NCBI GenBank assembly: GCA_048128005.1
Contig: JBEUKZ010000092.1
Span: 186,001-250,000, forward strand
Origin: Veleropilina oligotropha
Lineage: Eukaryota
Direction of reading: 5' to 3'
DNA: 64,000 nt
This document shows positions 51,721-64,000 of this stretch, piece by piece. The notes below the pieces were generated by a model, which worked only from the letters and a program-made list of their open reading frames with translations, was not told the DNA's origin and ran no database searches. Position 1 is the first letter of the stretch, and each line of letters starts with the position of its first letter. The translations under genes and the position numbers were made by a program.

Positions 51721-52929
51721 TGAATTAAGAATGCGGTCGAAATAATTACTTCTACACGACTATTATTCTGTTTTTGTGTTTAATATTAATTTTATATTGC
51801 TTACTTTAGGGAGTACCAAATAAATATAAAATACGTGTGTAAATATTTCGGCTCATATGTTAACAATTTAATTCCCATTTTGTAATGAAAATATGCATTA
51901 TGAAACATGAACATATAAATACATTTAAAATGCCAAAGTGCATTGCAGTTCGATATACTCGTTTAAGCTCTTTAAAATAAAAAAAAAATAAAAAAATGCA
52001 TTTATGATGAAAAAACAAATTAGGGACCTGTGTGTATAGTATAGTATATGATCATTTCCGTCGCAGTAAATTTTAATATCCATATTTATTCATTTTGTTC
52101 TGTATTAATGTGTTTTTTGAATGTCTTTTAATTTGAAAAGTAATATACGTTAACCCCATTTAGGTTAAAATATAGTTTTATAGAAACAGATGCTTTAAAT
52201 GGCAGAGTGGGGTGGTATTACTATACATTAAATATGAACAATATTCTGTTTCTCGTGATGAATTTAAAATAAACTCCTTTCTAAATTTAATTTGGTGCGA
52301 AATTATGACCAGTAATAAATTATCGGTATTATTTACCATTCACCAAATAGCCTAGAAGAAAATAGTGCTAACTTAATCTTTATCCTAGCAACTGGAGTCG
52401 GATCGGACCCAGGTGGTATTTTTTACATATCACATATTTATTTGATACTCTAGTGTCTGGGTTTTATGAGTTTGTTGGTCTACCCTAGCCCGCTTCATGC
52501 CATGCGCTACTTACATGGAGTGGTTGGGTATTAAACGTTAAAGTCAATTAATATTGTGGTATAGGGTCACTTTGGACCCAGCAGAAATTTGTAATTTCAC
52601 AATGTATTTAAAATGTGTAACATACTGTTATTGCTATATTTGCATTGAATGATGGCCAACAGAGGCAGACCAACACGATGCGCTGCTGCACAGGATCTTG
52701 TGACAATACTGCGATCAGATGAACATTCCAATCTGGAAGATTCAGATATTTCAAATGCTGAAAGCATTAAGTGTTAGAACCATCTGACCATAGCGACATC
52801 GAATCTGGTGAACCAGACCGCGGTCAGGGAGGTCGTCCAAGGTGTTGTGTGCTTGGGCAGACAACCTGGTGAACAGCGCGATGTTGGCCTAGAGTAAGGG
52901 TCGTGATGAGTTGGTGGCTCCCTGGCTCG

Positions 52930-54430
52930 CAAGTGGTCGGAAAGTGATTACCACTGAAAGGGTTGAAAAAAGGATAAACTTAATAAATGTTTGTAAAGCT
53001 CCTGGTCCGGACAATATATATCCCAAATTGCTAAAAGCCAGTAAGAAATTATTAGTATTGTCATTAACTACGATTTTAAATAAATCTTTAAAAGTAGACA
53101 GTTTTCCTGATGACTATTACCGCAATCTTTAAGAAAGGACGTCGATCAAACACCAAACTTATCGACCTGTTAGTCTGGGACATCAATAGTAGGGACTATA
53201 ATGAAATCATTTTAAATGATGCTATCTTACAACACATTAATAAATTTGACGTGCTAAACCTTAGTGAGCATGGATTTGTGGAGCATTTAGATTCGATAAA
53301 GTACCACATAAACTACATACAAAAAAATTAAGTAACCATGGTGTGTACGGTCCAATATTAAATTGGATAAGTAGGTGGTTAGAAAATAGAAAACAGAGGG
53401 TTGTAATAAATGGAATTAAGTTGGAATCGGTACTAAGTGGTGCTCCCTAAAGTTCTGCTGTGGGCCAATTGCTGTTCTCATATATATATATATGACATTG
53501 ATGACACCATTACATCTTTGTAAAAATGTTCGCAAACGTTACCAAATTGTACAGAATTGTCGAAACAGAAGAAGGTTCAAAGAAACTTTAAAGTGACTTA
53601 AACACTCTGGTAAAGTGGTCAGATGCTTGGAAAACCCTTTTTAACACCAGTTAATGTAAGGTAGTGCATGTGTGTTTTCAGATACCTTAGAAGTAGTAAT
53701 AATAATTTTTTTTTTAGAGTGTATTGGTAGACAAGATGTTTAAACCATCAATGCCGAATCAGCCAAAAGGGAAATCAAATATTGGGAATGATGAAGATTA
53801 AATTTCATTTTAAATCCAAAATCATAACACGCCTATACAAGCAAATGGTTAGACATCATTTATAATGTGCAGTGCAAGCATGGAATCCATATCTTGCAAA
53901 GGATATCAAAATTCTAGAAGAAGTTCAAAGAAGAGTCACAAAATTGATAGACGAATTGAGATAATTACTCTAGGCTAAGAGAAGTTGTTTAGCAACTGTG
54001 TTTTTACGATTTTTCAGCCTTAACGTAATTTAGACACCCGGTTTAAGGTCTCACTCCGATCTGACCGACATACATTAGGGATATGCCATCTATTATTTTA
54101 AGCGGTAGATTAAGCCACCGGCTGACCTCGAACCCGAGCTTTCCTGGCTGTCTCGGCTGAGTGTCTGACGCACTTAATCTCACAACATTGTCTTTGAGAG
54201 GGATACGGGGAGATATTATTCAGGTATTTAAAATGTTTATAGGAAAGGACAATGATGACAGTAATTTCATTATTCTGATGAACCAAAGACTTACCTGGGG
54301 GCATAAATACAAACTTTACAAAAAAAGATTCCGACTAGACGTCTGAAAATACTTTTTTCTCAAATTGGGTTTCGATCAAATGACTAGTAATGTAGTAGAA
54401 TCGCCTTCTGTTTACAATTTAAAAACCACA
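52930..54430 (+). mobile_element. Decayed CR1-clade LINE RT and 3' end
   Basis: KAPGPDNIYPKLLK; WLENRKQRVVING; QAWNPYLAKDIKILEEVQRRVTK; RGDIIQVFKM…GHKYKL. Confidence 0.85.
53975..54180 (-). mobile_element. tRNA-derived SINE inserted in the CR1
   Basis: Reverse-complement match to 30430-30650; interrupts the CR1 frame. Confidence 0.65.
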
Positions 54431-55109
54431 TGGATGAGCATTGTAGGTGCCATAAGTGTCGCAATTACGACAGTAACTGTTGTAGTCGATTTCGCCAAAT
54501 TTCGACCGTAAATGTCGCAAAAAATTAGTTGAAAAATATCGACGCTTGTAGCCATAAATGTCGTAACGGCCATAAATGTCGCAATATCGACAATATTGGT
54601 CAATAATGTCTCAAAATATTAGCCACGGACATCGATAAGTTTGGGTAAAAAAGCATGCACAACATATTTAATTTTCTCTGTGACGTTGTTGATGGCATAC
54701 TAGTATTTATAACTTACCTCTGTCGTGGCAACGCTGTGTATATAATATGGTAGTGCTCATTTACAATATGAGTACGGATTATCAATTCAATAGTAATTTT
54801 CGTGCTAACATATCGAGAGACTGTGATATATTATATTTTTCACCTTCAATCATTCGTTTGTACGATGTGTATGATCGTGCATGATATATAAATTCACTCG
54901 CTTTCCAGAATTCCGTGTGTCTCTTAAACAGGAGTGTGTTCGAATTCTTAGCTGGAAAATTAGTTCAGTTATAAATCACAATTCCCGGTGATAAAGAGAT
55001 TTCCAGGACGACCGACCATTCTCACGCTTTAACATGGATATGTCCTGGTATGAAACTGTAGGCTGCTGAAAACTGGATATTTCGCATCGATCCAAAGCAA
55101 ACCATGCAA

Positions 55110-55640
55110 TGTCATGCCCCTGCTCCACTCTCTTCACTGGCTTCCAGTTCAGGCAAGAATAGATTATAAATTATCAACTCTGTGCCATGCTTATTTCGAT
55201 CAATCACTACCTCAATATCTGTCAGATCTACTCTCGGTGTATTCCCCAGCAAGGTCTCTCCGTTCTTCTTTAGACGCTCGTATTCTTTGCATTCCTGGCA
55301 TGAAAACGAAATCTCTCGGAGAACGTTGTTTTTCATTTGCTGCTCCAAGCCAATGGAACTCACTTCCTGTTGTAATTCGTTACATCGAAGACAAAGCAAC
55401 TTTCAAAAAATATCTCAAAACACACTTGTTCCGGAAACATTTATCATAAACTGAAAATCTCGCATCTATCAACTTTTTCATTAATTGTGTCAGTCGGCTA
55501 TAAAATATGTATGTCTTATAAATGTATGTTTATCATTGTCTGTTTAAGTGTTCTGATTCAATCATTGTAAAGCGCAAAGTGCTAGAATCCTTTTCCTGAT
55601 CTTGCGCTGTATAAATCTCTCATTATTATTATTATTATTA
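55110..55640 (+). mobile_element. L2-clade LINE 3' end
   Basis: PLLHSLHWLPVQARIDYK…RSLRS…FSFAAPSQWNSLP…FKKYLKTHLF, then TGTAAAGCGC…GCGCTGTATAAAT(ATT)n. Confidence 0.9.
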
Positions 55641-55719
55641 TGTCATATTTTAAAAGTTTCGCAGTGATATCATACCCCAATAGCAGGGTGAAGTAAAGAG
55701 AAATAGTTCAATCAGATAA

Positions 55720-56350
55720 AAAAACAAGGCAATCCGAGATTCCCCCGGTAGCACGGAATGGTGGAAGCTAGAAATCATTGCGAATAATAGTTGAAGAACA
55801 TTTTGAGCCTAATTTGAAGTTTGTATGCCGAAATGTTCTAGCACTAGAGCCGAATATCCGCAAACCGGAAATTGCGACATAAACTCCGGATCTTCTTTCC
55901 GACTCCGATCATCTATAATGAGGACCGCGCATAGACTGAACACTATCTTGTTTAAAAAAAAAAAAAATATCGTTTCAATGGTCGTTGAGTTAGAGCCGAA
56001 AGAGCGGAAACGGGAAATTGCGTCATAAAATCCGTATCCTCTTTCCGACTCCAATCATATTTATGGAGGACTGATCCTAGGGTGGACCATATCTTGTGTC
56101 AAAAAAGTGGATAAATCTGTTCAATGCTCGTTAAAATATAGCTGAAAATCCGAAAATTGCGTCATAAAATCCGGATCCTCTTTCCGATTTCGGACATCTT
56201 TGAAGAGGACCGAGCTTAGGGTGGGTCATACCGTGTGCAAAAAAAAGATATAAATCGGATCAATTGTTGTTGAGTTATGCCCACAGACAGACAATCAACA
56301 AACTGGAACAAATTGCGTCATAAAATCCGAATCCGCTTTCCGATTCCAGC
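55720..56350 (+). mobile_element. Truncated HINE-like element with internal tandem repeats
   Basis: AACAAG start and four copies of TTGCGTCATAAAATCCG(G/T)ATC…TTTCCGA. Confidence 0.45.
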
Positions 56351-56351
56351 G

Positions 56352-56809
56352 GAAATGTGAAATTTCACAATGTCTTTAAGATATGTAACAACTGTTATTG
56401 CTATATTTGCATTGAATGATGGCCAACAGAGGCATATCAACACGATACACTGCTGCACAGGCTCTTGGACAACACTACAATCATATGAACATTCCAATCT
56501 GGAAGATTCTGATATTTCAAATTATGAAAACATTCAGTGTCAGAACCATCTGACCATAGCGACATCGAATCTGGTGAACCAGGCCGTGGTCAGAGAGGTC
56601 GTCCAACGTGTTGTGTGCTTAGACAGACAAACTGATGAACAGCGCGATGTTGGCCTAGTGTGAAGGTCGTGATGAGTTGTTGGCTCCCTGGCTCACAAGT
56701 GGTAGAAATGTGATTACCACTGAAAGGGTTGAAAAAAGGATAAACTTACTAAATGTTAGTAAAGCTCCAGGTCCGGACAATATATACCCCAAATTGCTAA
56801 AAGCCAGTA
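56352..56809 (+). repeat. Direct copy of ~52585-53043
   Basis: Collinear high similarity ending at AAGCCAGTA, where a TAG-starting element begins. Confidence 0.85.
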
Positions 56810-59180
56810 TAGTCAGGCAGCATTTGTCAATATTAGGGGGTTGCTTTAAATGATGTGCCAAAAGCATAGTTTAGATATTACTTAAGTGATTTCTGCTTGT
56901 TGCCAAGATCGTACACTCTGATTTCACCTTGAGAAATGTAAAATCCAAGATGGCCGCCATGGGATGATGAAAATATACTAATGCTGATATTTTGCAACCA
57001 ATCATGACAAAAATACGAATGAAGTATGATTTTTAAGCATTAAGACAACCGGGCCCAGGAGTCCAATGCTACAATTGTTGTATCATAAAAGTGATAATGA
57101 CAAATGAAATCCAAGATGGCCGCCTGAAATCTTTAATCAATTTATTACTTATTACCATTTGTTTTCTTCAATAAGAAAGGTGCTACAATCAAATTTTTGT
57201 TTGATTCTTTTGTCTTTTATATTATTGAAGAGATTTTTGCCTGATGAGGATCCCACAACTAGTACCATGTCATCCATTAAAAATGAAAATCGAAGATGGC
57301 CGCTGCAGAATCATGACAAATTACTTTTGTTCATTTCTTTACAATCAATTACTAGCGAGTTAAAACCACACACTAAATGTGCTTTTGGATGTTTTCAGAC
57401 CCCAAGTAATCCAATGCCAGCATTATTTATTCATAAAAATAAATCTAAGTCATGCAAATCCAAGAAGACCACGAAATAACGTGTATAATTTAATTTATTT
57501 TCATATTATATTAACGAATATTGGAATATCCAAGATGGTCACCATAATACTATGAAAATTTACTTTTTCTTGTTATATGCTAATTTTAAAAAACCCATTA
57601 ACAAAGTGTCCCGTATTGGAATTAACCTTAAAGTAGGCATGATGTATGTCTAGTATGTTATGGAGTCAGGACATTTGGTGTTATGGAGTCAGACTATTAC
57701 CAGGTGCACGCAGCATAAAACAAAATTAAGATAATAACAAGGTTTTATTTATTTAGAATTGGTCGCTCTTGAAAACTTACAATTAATTCCCGCATCATGT
57801 GTTCAGGGAATATAAAACATATCAATGAATAAACATTCATAAACATATATTTTATAAGTGAATGATTGATCTCCTACTATCAGCTCCATCTAGATCCACA
57901 AGCCGGTTTACATGCACATTCCGACACTGTGTTTCTCCGCATCCACACATGTCTGTGCACCTTAAATTACTACATATATGAAGTTACAGTAAAGTGTATA
58001 GTGCTGGGTTTGCCGTGCAAAACACTGATTGAAACTTCGATCCATTAGCTCACAGAAGTAATTTGCAGAGAGTGGAACATGACTTCATTTGTCGATGTAT
58101 CCAAGATGGAATTGCAGAAATAATACCAAAGTTGGCAATTGCACCAAACATCTCATCATCAGCATTCAGAAAATCTTTGAAGTGGCATGCCAATATTTTA
58201 CCGGCGAATGATCCAATGTTCGAGCAGTGCCTAAACTATCTTGATCTCAGGTTTGAGGTAACGTCCGAGTATGTTAACTTCTTCTCCATTTCTGCGGATG
58301 AGTGTTATTGAGTGGGGAATCATAGGAAAGTGTCCTGTCAAGAGGACAAAGACATCTGCGTCCACCGAGAACACACCAATGATGGAATTCTGGTTATTGT
58401 GCATCACATTCACTGCATCCAAGATCGCGATTTGTTTTCCTTCTATGGTGATGTACACAAATGCAGACAATGCAGGGAGAATAATGTTCCGTGGTAAGGG
58501 CTGATTGGATTCCATTGTTGCGTGAATGTTGACTAATAAACTTTAATCAGCTATAAACGTATACACCAGCACATTTAACCTTTGGTCCTGATTACAGTTC
58601 ATTATTTTGGATGCATCGACAAATGGAGATATATGTATTCTTACTTTACAAAATAAGTGATAAATCAGCTGACGACGTTTCTGAACTAAGATAGGTGCGC
58701 TTTGCTCAAAAGAGGGAGGGAGGAATGATGTTTAATGTCCTGTATATTTACAACATCGAGGTTCAAGGCTGGACATGTCCGTGTTATCGCGGGAGGAAAC
58801 CCCAGTCGCCCGGGTAAACCAGCCCTCTTCGGCCAGTCGCGGACAACTGTGATTCATAACTTGAATGCTCAAAAGAACAAAGAAGGTCAACAGCATCTTC
58901 CAAACTTAGGAACATTGGTTTTCAAAACAACGAGTTAGGATGGATGTAGATGGAACAGAATAGTTATGCAGGACAATCATTCACTTAACAAATATATGTT
59001 AATGAACGTTTATTTAGTATTATATTTTAAGTCTCATAAACAAAGGATGCGGGAATTAATCGTTTATTTTGAACACCGATTAATTGGTAAATAAAAAAAA
59101 TTTGTCACCTTAATTAGTTTTGTTTTATTCTATGATAAACTATTGATACTATTAGATTGCCCATGCCCAAATTATATTAG
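56810..59180 (-). mobile_element. Internally deleted Academ-type element
   Basis: TAG terminus and repeated CCAAGATGGCCGCC. Minus-strand remnants IGVFSVDADVFVLL (XPG/PIN-like), GSFAGK and CTDMCGCGETQC lie between ~140-bp inverted segments (57715-57850 / 58990-59130). Confidence 0.55.
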
Positions 59181-59365
59181 TCAGGCAGCATGTGTTCTCT
59201 ACTTTAAGATTCATGCCAAAACATGATATGTTTTTAAAGTTTTATCATGATAGTTGGTAGTGCATAATAAGCACAATTTCATGATTTTATGGTGACCATC
59301 TTGCATTTTCCATGATTCTTTAACAGGACCTGACAAAATAATGGTGGATTTGGATTTGTGGTAAA

Positions 59366-62300
59366 TAGCTGGGAGGGAATTACCTGAAATTTAAAGAAAT
59401 TGCGCACTTTGTGACAAGTTTTTGAAATTTGGCATGGTGGTAGGTATGGGCATAAGGTTTTCAAAAACCACCACATACAACTTCCGGTTGCCCCCTGGTG
59501 GCCGTTATGCGCAAAAAACAAGATGGCCGCCACCTGACATAGAGAATGTCATATCTCAGCTCATGGTTGAACTAGATCTTTGTATGATACCACTTTTCCT
59601 ATTTTTTATTGTTACGGGGAATCCATTTATGAAGGCACTTCAATGATTCAAGGTCATTTCCGATGTCAAAAGTTATTTTGAAGGTCATTTGAATCCAAAA
59701 TGGACCATAACTCGGAAGTTAAACCATATCTTTATTTTGTTGATCAGCAAGCCAACTGTCCGCACATCAATTAAGCAGTTTATTTTAACACCCAATTCTC
59801 GTTTATCCTACTAAGAGCTTATTCATATATTACCGTGTCGGTTTTAGTTACCCCCTTTATTTGGGAACCTTCATTTGTCAGTTGGAAAAAAATCCTGTTA
59901 CCGTGTGTTCGATTTGTTGGACGCTCGTGTACATTCACGGTAAGCAATGTTCTTACTTTATTGATTTATATGCTAATGATACTACATTTTGAGTCACGTA
60001 TTATTATTGCCATGATGCTTTTTATTCATAGACAATTTGGTTGAATTTGCGTTTAAAAAGCTACTTTGTTTGACTTTATGTTTGTTGTCGCCTGAATATA
60101 AGCCCAGACAGCACATGTCGCGCCAAAAAATATGTAAATTACTTGCGGCGGTGGAAAATTCGATGCGTGTTCATTTGCATGTCATAGTATTCAACTGCGA
60201 GACAAACGATACAGTTGTCTATTAAATTTGCATATTTTAATTGTGTTTATATTCTTGAGCGATAGTCTGATACATTGTAACAATGCAACAGCACGTGTAC
60301 ATTATTTGACCGCTGTAAACATCACTGATTAGCGGTGACTATCATACATGTATTGAATCTTGTTAGGATGTTATTGTTTTTTTATAATGATTGGATTGTT
60401 GACTTATTTATGTTGGTTGTTCTGCATTCATTTTGGACTGTTTAAGGAAGCATCCTACAATAGTGTGATTTGCTGCGCACGCGTACACGAAATGTTGATA
60501 TTTTGGACATAAGCATACAAATATTGTAATACCTGTACGGCAACACCAAATATAAGCAATTTAAATTTAATTTGCTATGGATGGCTGATTTTACTGTGGT
60601 CACTGGTTTATCCAAATAGTCACTGAATATCACTGATATTGTCAAATAAACTGTTCTACTCCAAATTGCGTCATTAATTGAATCTACGGCAGCAACGGTA
60701 ACATAAGACCAGAATAATGTAAAGTTGTGCGCTTGACACCTCCCTCTAATCTTATAATTCTGTTATCATCTTTTCAGATTTTACCTTTCAAGTATCAAGA
60801 CTCCACGCATGAATGACCTACAATTGAATAATAACTTATATGTTTCGTTATGAGTGACGAACATCATTTAGGATATTCTGCAGTTAAAAGGACCGACACT
60901 GATTGGGCATTGTGTTGTTTGTGCCAAAATAAATCTAATAAAGATTTGCGATGTCCGTATAAGAAGGAGTGTTATCATAATGTATATCAAACACTTGAAG
61001 GTGATTTGAAATATTTTGTTGCCAATGATGTTCAGTTACCTCTTGGTGTGAACTTGGAGTGTTTTGATAATGGTTCAGGAATCGCCAACTCGTTGCTGAA
61101 AAATGAAGCAAAGTATCATAATGGATGTCGAGGAATCTTCCGCTCACATGCTGTTGAACGAGCATTACACAAGATAATAAAAGTTTCGGACGATGAGGAT
61201 GCCACTGTTAGTCCAAAAAAACCCGGTCAAGCTTCAATGCGAACATAGACCGCAAAAACGTGCAGTGTGTTTGCTGCGAGAAGTTTCAAAATGATGGCGA
61301 TGAGCAAATCTATAGAGCGAGAAGTGGAAACTGTGGCAAGAACCTCTACAAATGGGCTATTGAGTCCAAGAACTGGGTGGTTCATGCACGCTTGAACACT
61401 ACGATCAATGCAGAGGATACAGAGGCAGAAGATGTGCATTATCACACATCCTGCTACACAAAGCTGAAGAATGATGCCCGTGCAGGCACGTCCAAGTCGT
61501 CAACTACGAACAAATGTTCTCCAATCCTCTGCACGTATGATCCTTTGGTAATAGCTTAGCTTGTAGCGTTCGTGCAGTGCAGTCAGTCCACATTTAAGCT
61601 TGCTTACTTGAGAAAGATATATGATCGTCGTCTCGAGAATCTGGGATCTGATTGGATTGGAGTGTATGTGCACCAAAAAAGGTTCAAAGAACACCTTCTT
61701 GACAAACTAGGGGCTGATTGGTCTGAATACTCAGAGGGTCGTGATATTCACATAGCTCAAAAGAAGACCGTTGGTGCAGCATTAGCACAGACCACTACAT
61801 TGCAGGTGACTGAAGATGAAGCTAAGAAAATCATTGAAGTTGGTCTCATGTTGCGCAGATACACTCTTCTACAACAGATACCTTTTAATGGATCACTTAA
61901 CTCAAAATGTCTAAGTGAACCAGTTGCGAAACCTTTGTTGACCCTTGTAGACGTGCTACTTCAAGGTTCGAGGTCGATTGAAGAAGAAGTGGACGAAGAG
62001 CAGGTCGGCACCAGTGCCAGGATCAGAGTAGCCTGTACAATCTCACAGCTGATATGCATCAACGCAGCAAAGCAATCGAGCAACGCTCTTACTGTCTATC
62101 GGAGGAAGCAGAGAGAGACGCCCTTTTCTCTCTATGTGGGACTTAAGCTGCATGCAAATGATCGTCAGAAGGGAATCATTGGCACGTTTCATGCATTGGG
62201 CATATCGGTGTCTTACGACCGAGTCATGGATATCAGGAAGGGACTCGCCCAAGCTGTGTCAAGGCGGTTTGCCGAGGATGGAGTCGTTGTACCTTCAAAT

Positions 62301-64000
62301 ATCAAGCGAAACGTCTTCACTACTGGCGGCGGAGTTGATAACATTGACGAGTCTGGTCGCATCGGGGTTCATGGAACTTCCATTTCCCTGACCAACCATC
62401 GGACTCATGACAACTTGGGGGTGGACCCTCCACATATAACCCTCGATGCTGCTGAAGATGACATTATCCGACTCCCTGATGAATTCGCCATTGTGCCCTA
62501 CATTGATGAACATGCTGGAGATATTATCCTTTCACCTATTCCAAATGGAACGGCGAGGCCAGCTTTCGCTGAAAATATCCGAGCTGGAGTACATGAAGAA
62601 GCATGGCTCAACCATCTCCACAAGGTCCTGGTTAAAACGGACGCAAAGCTTGAAGAAACACCAGTGACCTACTCTGGGTTCTTATCTCATATCCAATGTG
62701 CAGAAGATGTCAGACCGAGAGCTATAGTGGGGGTGTTTCCCATATTCTATGAAAAGGCCTCATCAATGGCCATGCAGAAACACTCAATGCTTGTAGTCAA
62801 GAAAGCAATAGATTTTGTTAATCTTGGTCGAGTTCCAGTAATAGAAGGTGACTGTCCTATCTATGCTTAACAAAAAAAATGCCAGTGGGGCTACCCAGAT
62901 GAGGTTGGTGAATCGAAAATGGTGTGTTTCATGCTCTTTCTACATGTGGAGATGACGTCTCAAGATTGTGGTGGTAAGCTGTTGGCGGGATCTGGCCGGT
63001 CCCGGATGTTCTCCTCAGCAAATGTCTTCACTACTGGCGTGGCAGCGTCTCTGATAGCTGGCAAGCACGTCAAGCGTACACGGTATGCGTACCAGATTAC
63101 TCTTGCATGGCTCGATGTACTCAAATTGCAGGCATATGATGGACCCCATGAACTCCTGGAAATCTGGGAGAAGCGGCCCATCAGAAATGCTCCAACAATC
63201 TGCTACTGGACGACAGTAAGAGATTTCCTGCTCATCAGCTGCCGATTCATCCGGGGATAGCGAGTGGGTGATTGGCCACTCACTCTGAATGCCTGTGATA
63301 GCATGTGCCCATGGCTTTTCGCCTTCGGACACACTAACTATGCCCGATGGATGCCAGTTTTATTGAGAGACATGGCGCGACTTCCTGAGATCCACCCATC
63401 CGTCCATGAGGCTTTTATGGAGGGAAAGTTCGTCGTGCAACGTGGTAACAAGAAGTCCTCAATGATGGCACTGGATCAGAGCCAGGAACACAGTATCAAG
63501 TTCTTAAAGGAAAATAATGGGGCAAAGGGCCTCTATGGTCTAAAAGAGGAGAAAGAGTTAATCGGACTCTCAAAACCTGAGGTGCTACGGGCTATTGACG
63601 AATTTGAGAGTGCATGTTTCTCTGTCTCAAACAACAAGGAAACTTTGAAACATCCAGAGTCCTCAGCTGCTGAACAGAACAAGTTCCTGAATCACATCAA
63701 AGCTCTATGCGATCTTGTCAAGCAGGGTACAATTATTGTCAATGCCTTCAAGGAAACTGGACCACACTCATCACCTTGAACACCGGCGAGGTCATGAATC
63801 CTGCGATCGTGAAATCCCTCAGTAATTCTCTGAATATCGGCAAAGCCATGTTCAATGAGTTCGCGGGTAACAGAGTTGAAAAAGCCTCTAAGCCCTTGTC
63901 TGACGTAATTCCAAGGGCCAACTTGTATACATTCACAAACAGGCCACCTGCGGATCTAAAGAAAGGTGTACACAAATTGGGGTCTGCCAAGTCTAATGCT
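59366..64000 (+). mobile_element. Academ DNA transposon, left part; runs off the window
   Basis: TAGCTGGGAGGG terminus, AAGATGGCCGCC subterminal motif and a long transposase pseudogene. Confidence 0.75.
60850..64000 (+). pseudogene. Academ-type transposase with several stops and frameshifts
   Basis: CCLCQ…AKYHNGC; CVCC…YHTSCY; LGISVSYDRV; VDNID; GDCPIYA; FLHVEM; FAFGHTNYARW; MALDQSQEH, spread over ORFs 60850..61248, 61260..61559, 61572..62870, 62919..63260 and 63264..63779. Confidence 0.8.

Overview
Eukaryotic genomic DNA from an invertebrate, probably a lophotrochozoan such as a mollusc (judged from the receptor gene and repeat types). Bases 1 to ~12.2 kb are the right-hand part of a GC-rich, gene-dense, intronless endogenous Polinton/adintovirus-like virus. 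It encodes an SF1 helicase fused to an HNH-like domain, a retroviral-type integrase, a packaging ATPase, a major capsid protein and a broken minor capsid protein. It also carries several membrane-anchored proteins (one starting with tandem PSAP and YPxL late-domain-like motifs), a secreted cystine-knot-like protein, and a ~0.9 kb fold-back minisatellite near its end. The remaining ~52 kb is AT-rich host DNA. It holds eight minus-strand exons of an ionotropic glutamate receptor-like (IR) gene whose 3' exons are absent from the window, so the virus may sit in one of its introns. The host region also contains many decayed transposons (CR1/L2/RTE LINEs, SINEs, Helentron-type non-autonomous elements, Harbinger, several Academ elements, a Gmr1-like Gypsy relic), microsatellites and a tandem array of tRNA-like cloverleaves. 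All family assignments come from motif recognition by eye; no searches were run.
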